DNA from: a virus
Lineage: Duplodnaviria; Heunggongvirae; Uroviricota; Caudoviricetes
Length of the DNA stretch: 64,000 nt
Direction: 5' to 3' (one strand)
Virus record (IMG/VR): IMGVR_UViG_3300028592_000006
Location: 1-64,000 of that record
Shown here: piece by piece, positions 44,391-56,300 of the stretch
How the letters are laid out: each line of letters starts with the position of its first letter
Position numbering within the stretch: the first letter of the stretch is position 1
Notes under the pieces: generated by a model
The model's database searches: none
Told to the model about the DNA's origin: nothing
Seen by the model: the letters and a program-made list of their open reading frames with translations, nothing else
Made by a program: the position numbers and the translations under genes

Positions 44391-47300
44391 TTAGTCCTTG
44401 GGGAGCTGTTTCAACAGGTCTCTCCGTCGTGCCGAGCGGTAGTCCCGCAGGAACGGCAGCACCTCGCTGACCAGGTAGGCGGCAATGTCGAGCGGTTTGG
44501 CTTCTCCGACCGAACGACCGGCCAACACCGCCGCATCCACCGCGTCATACGCCACGCTGGTCGGGGCGGTCAGGTTGGCTGCCGCCTCCACCGCATTCGG
44601 CCGGTGTTCCCTCACACCCACCTTGTCGCGCTCATACCATGCCTCTGCCGGCTTCACTCCGGACGTGAGCGAGGCGGCACTCACCGCAGCATCATTCATG
44701 ATCGGCTTGATCATGCCGGTGATCGGAGAGTAACCGGCCAGCACCCCTGCCACCGGCATTGCCTGCAACAGCTCCATGCCGACCCGTGATGCAAGTTCAG
44801 CTTTAGCCGAGGCCAAAGAGGCATCCTTGTCCTTCCACGATTGGAACAATTCCTTCTGAGGGCCGACCAGCAGGTCCTTGAGCGCCGCCACGAACGGGTT
44901 GCTGTCCTTCTGGGCGGCGAGCAGGTCGTTGGCTTTCTTCTGTGCCTTCTTGGCTGCCTTCTCCTCGTCGTCACCTCCGAGCATGTAGAAGGCCATCAAC
45001 AGTAATGGCACCATGGTGTGGACCTTGCCGAACTGAAACAGGATGTTCTGACCCAGCGTGCCCACCATGTTCTCGATGGCGTCCTTCCTTGTCCGGTTCG
45101 GGTCCGGGTCGGTGTCGGGGTCGGTGGTCATCAATCCCGGAAGAAGAGCGGTCAGGTTAGAAGCGGTGGTGGCGGTGTGGTTGCTGAACCGCACCAGCGA
45201 CTTGAGCAGGCTCGACCATACCGGACTGTCAGAGTGGCTCTGGAACGGCATAGCCTTCTTGCTCATGTCCGACTGGCCCATCATGTCGTTGACCTTCATG
45301 GTGGCCATCTGGGTTGCTGCAATGGGGATCTGGCGGCTATTCAGCTCAAGCAGTCCGTCCACGTCGGCAGGGGTGTGCGGGCTTCCGCTGCGCCGCATCT
45401 CACCGAGTAACTCCGCAAGGAAGATGGCGCGGGAGATTACCTTCTCGCCCTTGCCGATGGTCAGGTTGAGAGCCGCTTCCCCGATGTTCTCATACTCCTT
45501 GAGGATCTTGCCGGCCCATGCCTTGCCTTTGCCGACCCCGAAGCGGAGCTGGTGCTTGAGTTCGTTCCTCGCCACGTCCTGGCCATCGACACCACGGAAG
45601 TTGACATAGACCGACACCTCCTTGGTGAAGGCGTTGACCTTGTCGTAGAACGTCCTGTCCGTGAACCGCGAGCTGATCAACCGTGGCAGGATGTGGAGGA
45701 AGTCCGAAGCCGTCTGCCATTCGCCGATGACCAGCTTCTTGATCGGGAAGAACACCGAGGGCGGGAAGGTCTGGTTCCACATCTGCTGTGCACTCGCCAG
45801 CGCCCGCACAATGAACACCGAGGACAAGAACCTCGTGGCCTCCGCAAACCCGGTGTTGACCACACCGATCTGCGAATCATTGAAGAGAAGGTTTTCCACT
45901 TCACCGGTGACGGCTGCAATGGCGACCTGGAACTTGCGCATGTCCTGCGAGTAGGCCGGACGCAACTGCATCTGTGGAGTGAAGATGCTGGCTTCCATCG
46001 GATCCACCACCGGCACCCCGTTCGGGCTCTTGATCCGTCCCAGCATCCTCCGGATCACGTCGTAGTTGGCACTGACGTTCGCCCGATACAACGAGTCCTC
46101 GAGGATGTTGAAGGGAGCCGATAGGCCGTTCAGGCTGATCGGCCGCAGGACCGAGGCATCCGCAGGGTTCTTCTCGTGCCGTCCGTAACCACCGTAGAAC
46201 GGCGAGTTCTTCATGGACACCACGTCCGCAGGGTCTGGAATCCACTTCCCTTCCTTGGTCACCCTGTGATCCCTTTTGGTCGGGTTGGCGGCATAGGCCA
46301 TCCGCAGCGGCACCGAGCCATACGTCTTCGGCGACGGGGTCATGCCGTCGTGCTTCCATTCGTTGTGCTGTTCACCACCCAGTGGGGTTTCCACCGGCTT
46401 GGACAACATTGCCCGGTGGACCGCCGTGGCGTTGTAGGCATCACCAAGTTGCTCGCGGATCACCTTTGCCATGTTCTCCACCGCGTCCCGCTTGCCGTCG
46501 CTGGTCTCCTTCAGGAATGCCTCCCTGAGCCCGGCAATCACCTTGCGGGCGGCAATGGCCTGTGCCTCTTCCTGGGTGGTGTTCTGGTTCTCGTAGATGG
46601 CGGTGCCGTAGTCAGCCATTGCTCCCGAATCCCTGATGATCTTCACCACTTCCTTGGCTAATGGCAGGTCGCGGATCAGGTCGAGATGGTTTGCATTCAG
46701 GAAGCGCTGCCCGAACCGGGAGAACGCCTGTGCCTGCAACTTGTCCAGGCTGGCAAGATCGCGCATCCCTTTGCTCAAGCCCTGATACCACTTCGTGAGC
46801 GCCTCGTTGATCGAGTAGCCGGAAGCATCCGACAAGCCGTCAAGCTGGGCTACCAGATAGGCCATGGCGTGGTCCTTGGCGTGCCGTCCGACCTTCTTGG
46901 CCTCCTTGGCGATGTGTTCCTGTGCCTCCTTGTGGGCTGCCTGGTGGCCCGCCCGTCCGGTGTTGCCGTCGAACCCGTGCTGGATGAATGCCAGCAGGTG
47001 CATGGCGGTCTCCCGTGCCAAGGCCGACTTGATGAAGCGCGAGCGCATCCGTCCATCCTGACCATGGGCATACCTGAGCAAGGCCTGGTTCACAGTTCCA
47101 TCCTGCACCGACAACCCGCTGACCAGCTTGGCCATCACCTGCTCGGCCTCAAGCTCCGCAAACACCCGGGCGAACAGGTCGATCAGGTTGAACTTCTGCA
47201 TGGCATCCTCGGAAGCCGCGAAGCTTCCATCCTCGATGGCCTTGAGCACCGCGTCGATCTCGTTGCGAAGCTCCTTCGGCTTGCCGGTCTTCTCGTCGAA

Positions 47301-50300
47301 CATCTCCGGCAACCCGTGGGCGTGCACCAGCTTCTCGACCAGGGAGCCGTAGAACTCCATCGCCTTCCGGGTGTTGTCCCCGTCCAGCTTCTTGTTGGTG
47401 CGCTTGGACACCACGAATTCCTCGAGTCCCTTCTTGAACTCACCGGAGAACAACTTGCCAGCCTCGACGATGCTCATCGTCTTGCCATCCGTCAGCTTGA
47501 AGCCGGTGCCCATCCAGTTGCCGGTGGGTTCCGCCGCATTGTCCATGAACGACGGACGGCCCTGGCTTGCTTGGAACGGTCCACCCACCGGATTGAATGC
47601 GCGCAGCACCAGATTCTCCAGCTTGCGGTTGACGTTGCGGGCGGTGATCCGTCCCGGAAATGCTTGCATCAGCCGTTGCTTGGCGTCGATTGGCAACAAC
47701 ACGATCTTGCTGCCGTCCACATCGTTCTCGTCGAACACCTTGCCGATCAGGTCACGACGTGCCCGGTAGTTCGAAGGAAGCCTCAACCGCTTGATCCGGT
47801 CCTTGCCCTTGGTGAATGCCATGGTTTCGCCGTTGGTGGCGAAGGCGATGGCCTCGGCGGTCATTCCCCTGAGCTTCTGTTGTTCTACTTCGCTGGCTTG
47901 ATCGAAACGCGACCGGACAATGGCGTCCTCCACCTCCGTGCGACGCACCGCTTCCTGCACCATCAGCATCGGGTTGAACCCGTTGAGAGTGTCGGTGGTG
48001 CCACGGATGCGGCGGTAGTGGTCGTCCACCCGGTCGTTGGCAATCTCGGTGAGTGCCATGCGGAGCGCTTCGCGCCTGACGTAGTAGTCCCTCTGGGCGT
48101 TCGGGTCGTTGTTATAGGCACGGGCGTTCTCGGCAATGTCCCTAGGACGCATGCCCGGGAAGGTCTCGTGGGCCGGGTCGATCAGCTCGATCTGGATGTT
48201 GCCGGACAGGTTCTTTCCGTCCGCCCCCTTGATGCCGCTCACCCGGCGATACTTGCCAAGCATCGTCCGTCCACCGGTGTCGAACTGGAGGGCTCGCTGG
48301 GCCTGCATGTTCTCGAGCTTCTTGCGGGCGTTCTCGAGCTGCCAGTTGGCATTGTCCCGTTCGGCCAGCTCCTTGCCGGTCATCAGCTTCAATTCGGCGA
48401 TCTGCCGTCCTTCCTCGGTGCTGAGAGCCAGCGATCCGATCAAGGCGTCCATCACCCCGCCCTGTTCCATCCGTCCAATCAGGGTGTCCAGGTTGTTGTA
48501 GATGTCGGTGTCGGTCATGCCTTGGGCTGCCTTGAGGAAAGCCGTGAGCTTCTCGCGGTGTTCGCGCTCCTGACCCTTCTCCTTGCCCTTGAGAGCCACA
48601 CCAAGGCCTCCGGCCAGCTCGGCGGTGAATTCCTCCAGCGCCTGGTCCATCAGGGGCTTCATGAAGCTCTGAGGGTCCAAGCCAGCCTCAAGGCGCTTGT
48701 GCTGCTGCTGCAACTCCTCGAAGTCCAGCGTGTCGGCATCACCTTCGATCAAGGGAACGTGCTGGCGGACCTTCACGTCCTTCAATCCAAGCTTCTTCAG
48801 CCGGTCGTTGACCGTGTCATTGACGATGGCGTTGATGAAGCGGGCCGACTTGTCGAACCAACGGATGTGGCGCTCCATCGCTTGCACGGCATCGGTCTCG
48901 GCATTCACGTCGAACCTGGCACGGGCGGCATCCCGGTCACGGATCAGGCGATACAGCTCGTTGAGGCGGTAGCTGGCTTGCGGCATCAGCTTGCCGAACT
49001 CGTTTTCAAGCCTCTTCTGAATCTGGTGGTTGGCCAGACGGGTCTCGTAAGCCGCACGGTCGTGGGTGCGGGTCGAAATCGAACGGGCCAGGTCACCGAC
49101 CAAGGCGGCAAGCTGCTCCTTGAGCACCGTGTTCTGCAAGTCCTCCACTTCCAGCACCCGTTCCGCCGTCAGCCTGAGTGGCTTGTTGAGAACCTCCTGC
49201 GCCTGCTCCATTTCCTTCTCAAGAGCCCACTGAGCCTCGTCCTGTCCACGGAGCGCATCCATCACCTGCTGCCGATACATCGGCAGGTTGGGGATCAGGC
49301 TTTCAGCCTCACCGAGCAAGGCGTCATCCAGCACCACTTCCACATGAGCCATTGGCACCTTGGTGGAATTCGGGTTCTTCCGCTGCGCCTGCCGGATCGC
49401 ATCGACCAGCGCCAGTCCGGCCTTGGAATCGACCGATGGCACCTTCGACAACCATGCCGACTGCTCCATGCCCCGGCGGACCATGTTCATCTTGAGCGTC
49501 ATGGTGGTGGTTCCACCGACGTTCGGGATGTTCAGGCGGTTGGCCTCTCCGACCAACAACAAGGTCGGGTCCTCGGCAATGGGTCGGTTGCGGGCCTGGA
49601 AGATCGGTCCTGCCGGCGATCCCGGTGGTTCACGGTCGAGGATTTCATGACGGGTCCGCACCTGGCCCTTCAGGCTCTTGCGGTTGGCAGGGATCATCGG
49701 GGATTCAACCCGTGGCAACAAGTCGTTGACCGCCTTGGCCCGCTCCAAGGCGCGGGCGAGATGGTTGAAGACCACCATGTCGGAAGGAGGAAGAACCTCG
49801 TTGTAAGGGTCCTTCTTATCCTCCTTGCGGGCACGGGCCTTCTCGCGCATGAACTCGCGGGTTGTAGCCTGTGCCACCTGAAGCTTCTCACCGGAGACTT
49901 CCACGTCTTCGACGGGATACTCGAAGTCTTCCGACTCCTGCTCTCCCAACCGGATGGCGACCTGATCAAGTGCCAGTTGATAGGGATCCTTGAGACGATC
50001 CTCGTCCACCGTGTCCTGTTCCAGGTCGTCCGAGTCCTCCTTGTCGAAGGAACGGAGCACTTGTTCGTGCATGTCCTCCAGATTGGCGTCCGTGGCGTCA
50101 TCAAGCTCGTAGGGGGCGTAGTCAGCAGCCACCTCGCGCAAGCGCCTCACAGCGATGCTGAGGGCATCCACGGCTTGATCCGACAAGCCGCTCTCTTCCG
50201 CTTCGTCAGGACCAAGGTAAACCTCGTCAAAGGCCGCCTTGTATTGCGGATTGGTCAGCAGGTTGGCCACCAGCAGCACATCCGATCCATACCCTTCCGT

Positions 50301-53300
50301 GAAGTTCACGGGGCTCATCAGCTCTTCGTTGCGGCTAATGCGCTGGAATTTCTCCAGTGCCCGCTGGACGAAGAACTTCTGCTCGGACTCGCGGAGCTTC
50401 GCCACATACTCCTTGAAGTGGGGAATCTTCAGCGTCTTGCCAACGTTGATGTATTCCTTGGTCACATCCCGCAAGGGATCGCCAAGCTCCTTCTCCATGG
50501 TCTCCACGTCAAAGGCCGGGGCAAACGTCTCACGGATGATCCCGGCAAGGCTTTCCACCTGTGCCCTGGCCGTTGGATCGTCACCATAGGACATCAGCAC
50601 CCGGTGGATTGCGGCTGCCTGTTCCTCGCGGCTCGCGCTGTCCTGCGGTGCCCACACGATATTCGGCTGGCCGTCCTTGCCTGGAATCACCCGCAGGCCC
50701 ACCTGCGATTGACCCATCCATTGCTCCTTGTCGGTCGGGAACACCACCAACGTCCTGCCGAGCATGTTGGTCAGCAACAACGAGACGGACGGGTTGTCAC
50801 CAAGGAAGATGTCATACTCGGAAAGGAACCGGCTGTCCTGCACGCCGAGCTTTCCTTCATCCATTCCCCTCTTGAACACCCGGGCAAGCTGGTCCTTCTC
50901 GTCCTGCGGCAGGTCGGAAGCCATCACCGCGTCCTGTGCGATGACGATTTGCTCGCCGGCATTGCGGCGGAACTCTTCAACCCGCTTGTCTTCCTTCTCC
51001 TTCTTGAACTCCAGCAGGTCGGCAAGGAACGACTCCGGATCAAAGCTTCCCGCGCTTGAAAAGCGGGACAAGCTCCAGCGCGGGTTCTTGTCGTAGAACT
51101 CCTGGGCAAGCAACTGGAATGCCTCGCCTTCCTCATTGCTGCCAGGAAACACACCCATCAGCCCGCGGACGACGATGTCCGGAATCTCACCGGTGCCGGA
51201 CAGGTGCTTGGTCATCACCATGCGCGTGAACTCGCGGGAGTCCTCGATGTTGCCTTCCGGGAAGTGGGAACGGAAACCGATGAAGGTCAGGGCCTTTGAC
51301 AGCCAGATCTTCATCCCCTTGTCGTTCTCGTTACGCAGGGCGAAGTCCTTGGCGGTCGAGGCATCGGTCACCTTATCATTCTCGAAGTCCGGCAGCGTCA
51401 CGCCGTGCTCGCCGGTGTCCGGGCGGTTTTGCGGGCGGTTGTCCGGGTCGAGGTCGTTGTAGGACTGCGGGATGACGGGCTCGAACCTTTCGTCAAAGCC
51501 GGAGTCCACCGGCTTGATGAAGGTCTCCTGATAGAAGGCTCTCCCGGCGCGGCTGTCCCCGGCTTCCGCCAGATCAAAGCGCTCCTGCTCGGTCATCCTC
51601 ACGTTGACCCGCTTCACCCGGTTGGCGATCTTCATCTCCTCGCGGCCCTTCTGGAGCTTGCGCAGATCCTCCAGCAGGTCGGAGGCATACAGCGATCCCA
51701 CCATGTAGGGGGATGCATTGGTCGCCATGTAGTTCAGGCTGAACTCGAGGCTGTGAATGGTCGGGATGTCCAACATCGAGTCCCGCAATTGGAGCATCTC
51801 CTCGTGATCCGGGCGGTAGGCACCGTCACGGATGGTCCGGATGGCTTCCTGTTCGACGTTGCGCTGCCAGTTGGCGTTGTTGAACTCCTTGACCATGCGA
51901 CGGGTCAGGCTCACCGCCGCGTTGGTCGCCCGCAGCGAGTTGACCAGGCCCATTACATGCGAGCTGCCGGCCGCCGGGGCAAGCCGCTGGTTGAAGGCCG
52001 TCAGGACATTGCTGATGCCACCCTTGAACTTCAGGTTGCCCTGTTCGTCCCTCGCGAAGCGATCCGCGAAGCTTTCCGCTTCCACGGTCTCGAAGAACTG
52101 CCCCATCTGGCCGAACAGGTGCTGCTTCATCTCCACCACGACCTTGGACAAGCCCTCAAGGCGTGGCTGGAGCAACAGGTTGGCACGGGCCGCCGGGCTC
52201 TGCCTGCCATCCATCTCGGCAATGATCTCGTCGGGATTCGCACGCTGCGCGATGTGGGCAATCCACTTCTCCGCCATGTCGATCACCTTGATCAGGTTGT
52301 TGATGCCACCGAGGTTGATTGCCTCCCCCTTCTCAAAGCGCCGGTCGATATCGAACATCTCGTCCATGCCCGGGAATTGCGGAAAAGCCATGCGAGGCGA
52401 CTCATAGTCGATCTGCTCGTATTCATTGAGGGTTCCCTCGAGATTGAATCCGGCACCTGCATGATACAGGTCGCGGTCGAAGGATGCCGGCAAGCGGTGC
52501 ATCTGGTCCGCAAGGTAGAACAACATGCGGCCGTAGCGCCCCGTGTAGGCCGCATTCGACTCGATGGCGCGCTTGTGCGCTTCGATCAATTCATGGACCT
52601 TGGAATCGTCCAGCTTGTTTGGGTTGCGCTGGTAGCCGGTGCCGGGCTTACCCGGTGGCAAGTGGCCTTCATGGTAGTCATGGCCGAAGGCATCCCCGGC
52701 TTCCACGGCTTCCGGGACATTCCTCTCGCGGAACTCAAACACTCCGGTTGGCTCTCCCGTGGCACGGGTGTCCTGCCAGCCAAGGCCGTAGTTCTCGGTC
52801 TTGTAGTCGTCGAACGAGCCAATGGCGCGGTCGGTCATGGACCGGAGCCGGGCGTTGTAATCGTTCACCGCCTTGAGATATTCCGAGAATTTCCGGTAGC
52901 GCTCTACCGAGACCGGGTCGTCAGTCGGCTTCAGCTTCGCGGCCTTCTCAAGCTCCGTGATATTGTTGGTCAGGTTGATCCGCTGTTTGACCAGTTCCTT
53001 GAACTCCTTGTGACCCTCCTGTCCTTCGACCAGGCTATCGGTGAGCGGGTTGTTGAACAGGTGGACCCGGGCGGCATTGACCACCGCATCCTTGAAGGCA
53101 TCGAAGGTCGGATAGTTCTCGGTGTCGATGAAACCGTCAGGATCAACGGTGACACCCAGCTTGGCGGCGGCACGGATCAGGGCGACCCGTCCACGGGGGC
53201 GGGAAACATCCTGCGACTGCAAATCCCGCAAGGCACCGGTGACCAGCATGGTCTCCATCCTGTTGATGCTGTCATTGACCCTTGCGAGCTCCTCGCGGGC

Positions 53301-56300
53301 ATTGCGAAGGACCGGCTTGCTCACATCGCGGGGTGCACCTTGCAGGATGAAGCCCATCAAGCCCGCGGGGTCGAACTTGTCGCCGCGCAGCCAGTTGAAG
53401 TATTCGTTCGGGTCGAACTCCAGTTCCTCCTCCTTGGCTTCCACGACCTGACGGGCAATGTAGGCGTCAGCCCACATCTTCTGGAATGCATCCTCGTCAT
53501 TGAGGGCATCCAGGGCCTTGTTCATCGCCTCAACGTCGTATTCCTTCCGTCCCTCCAACCACTTGGCGATTTCCGGATGGATCGACATCTCGAGGTTGTC
53601 GTTCACCACCACGATTTCATCCATGCCCGCCGCCGGGAAGATCTCACGCAAGTCGCGGATCTGCATCAGCGCCTCGCTGTGCTTCTTGGCCACCGCACGG
53701 ATTTCATCTTCTCCCTTGCCGGTGAACGTGCGGAGCCGGTGTTCCATGGTCTGGGTGACCTTCTCACGCATCTGGTCAACGTCGCCGCGCAGGTTGGCAT
53801 CGTTGTAGAACTGGTTGAGCCGGTCGAGCAATTCGAGGTGCTTCGGGTCCAGCTTGCTGCGGAAGAACCGCATGGCGAGGATCTTGCGCACCCGCTCAGT
53901 GTAGCGGCGGACCAGCTCGCCGATGGTCTTCATCAGCCTGGTGCCCTTGCCGTCCTTGCCGGTATCCTCCTGCATCGAGCGGATCAACCGGCGGGCATCG
54001 GCATTCGCCTGTTCGGAGTAGGACCCGGTGGTCCGCAACTGGTGAAGCTTTCGGATGAATTCATGGGCGATGAGCATCGTCTCCTCATCCGACTTGATCG
54101 CCTTCGGGTTCTTGCGGTCGAAGGTTGGCTCGCGGTGCGACAAGCGCTCCTTGACCGTCTCGCGGAAAATGTCGTGGAAGGGATGCTTGGTGTCCCCGGC
54201 CACTGCGGTGATCATTTTTTCAAGCTCACGCGGCTTGAACTTCTCCTGATCGACGGTGAGCAAGTGGATTTGCTCCTCGTCCACCCAGTTGGACAACAGG
54301 CGTGCCGCCTCAAGGGCCGCCAGCAGGCGGGTCCGCGGGTTGAGCGGGGCGTCACCGACAAGGCTGCGCAGCACCGCCAGCGTGCGCTTGTAGTCCACCT
54401 CCATGACCGGCCGCATCTCCTTGCGGGTTGCCTTCCCTTGTGGCTTGCCGTCCGGGAATTGCGAGACCGGCACCTCCACCTCACGAAAGGCCACCTGCAT
54501 GAAGTGCTCGGAAGTGGAGATGTTCTCCTCGTCGTCGATCTGCATCTCAACCGGGTCCGATGCATCCGGTGCAACTTCCTTCATCACCGCCTTGATGAGC
54601 TTCTTCAGCTCCTTGACCGCGGACTTCTCATCACCGCGCAACAAGGTTTCCAAACCCTCCTTGTCGGTCAGGTCCTTGGCCATCTGGATGAGGCGGGTCT
54701 TGTGCCACATTGCATTGGACCCGTTGAGCCTGCTCTTGCTTTCAGGATCGACGCTGAACTTCGCCTCCAGGTTGAACTTGAAGAACTCGTATTGTCCGTT
54801 CTCCACCTTGTGGAGCACCAGCACGTTGTCGGGGTCTCCTTCAATCGAGATGATGTCACCCACCCCCAGCGGAAGGCCCTTGCCCTTGGCCGGGGTGTAG
54901 ATGAACGACTGGGCACCTTCGACGATGAGAGGCACCTCACCGGGCTTTTCCTCCTTCTTCGACCACGTTCCTCCACGGTCATCCTCCTTGCCTTCCTCAA
55001 GGTTGGCCTTGCGGACGAAGTATTTCGGCACCTTCGATGGTGCTGGCTTCTCCTCCACCGGCTTGCCGCTGGCTTGTAATTTGATGCTCTTGCCCTTCGC
55101 GAGCTTCTCAACCTTGGAAGCAATGTGCTCCTCCTTGTCCTCAATCGAGTCGTCGGCCATCACCTCGTCGAGGTAGGCCGGCGAGATCCCGATTTGGCCG
55201 GTTCGGGTGTCGAGCCACACTCCTTCGTCCGACTTGTAACGCTCCTTGTTCTGCGAGAGCTTGGCGGATTCCGGCAGGTCGGCTTCCTCGAGTTCCGGAA
55301 GTTCCTTTTCGTCGAGGATGTCGCGAATGCCACGGACCACCGAGTCACGTTCCGCCTTGGAGCCGCTGTCAGCCCGCAAGGTAGGCTTGGAAGGCTCCTC
55401 CTCTTCTACTGCTTCGGTTTCAGCTTCTCCCTCAGTTGCACTGCCTGTTCCTTTGGAATCCTCGCCACTGCCTGGAGCCACGTCAGACACTCCTGTTCCG
55501 GCTTTGTTGCCACTGCTTCCATCACCTGCTGGCTTGGCACCTGTGCCAGGCTCATCAGTTGCCACAGTCCGAGCTGCGGCGTCTCCGGTGGTGGCTGCGG
55601 GCTTGGTGGCGGGAGTTGTGTTGGATTCATTGGTCTTTGATTCGGCTTTGGTTTCCTTGGTTGATGGTTCCTTGGCTGGTTCGGTTTCCTTGGCCCAGTC
55701 GTCGTAGAAGGGATCGGCACCGGGCAACGAGTCGTCGGTGGCTGCATCAGCAAAGCGCTCGGAGAGGAAGTTATGGGCCACGGTCAGCTTGGCGGCCTCT
55801 TCAGCACCGATGTGACGCTCGGTGGTGGTGCCATCCGGATTGACGGTGGTGAGCTTGGCTCCGGCATGGGAACGGCCGTCGATGGTAATCGGGGTGATCT
55901 GGACACCGGGGGATACCCGGACGGGCTTGTCTTCCTCCAGTTTCACGTCGGTGCGCCATTCCTTGCCGGCGGATGGCTTGTAGCCCATCTCATCAAGCAC
56001 CGCTCCGGGAGTGGCCTTTTCCTGGCCTTCAGTGGTGCCTGTGGCTGAGGATTGGCCTTCTTTGGTATCAGGAGCCACGCCGGTGCCGTCGAGCCCTCCT
56101 GAGCCATCCTGAGCGCCAATATCGACTTGGAGGCCATTGCGTGCCGCTGCGGTCAGGATACGGCTCTTCTCCTGCACGCTCATCTTCGGGTCAGCCAGCA
56201 CCTCCGCCACCCGCACAGCTTGCTCGCCAGCCACGTTGGCCAGCTTGTTGTGATCCTGGAATTGATCAACGTTGGCGACGATGGATTTCCACTGGTCGGT

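Noticed and set aside
46686-55079. Two very long plus-strand ORFs (1,457 and 1,224 aa) inside the giant gene
   Set aside because: Extreme L/R/H/G/V bias typical of antisense frames in GC-rich coding DNA. They are fully contained in the 4,652-aa minus-strand ORF, which has normal composition.
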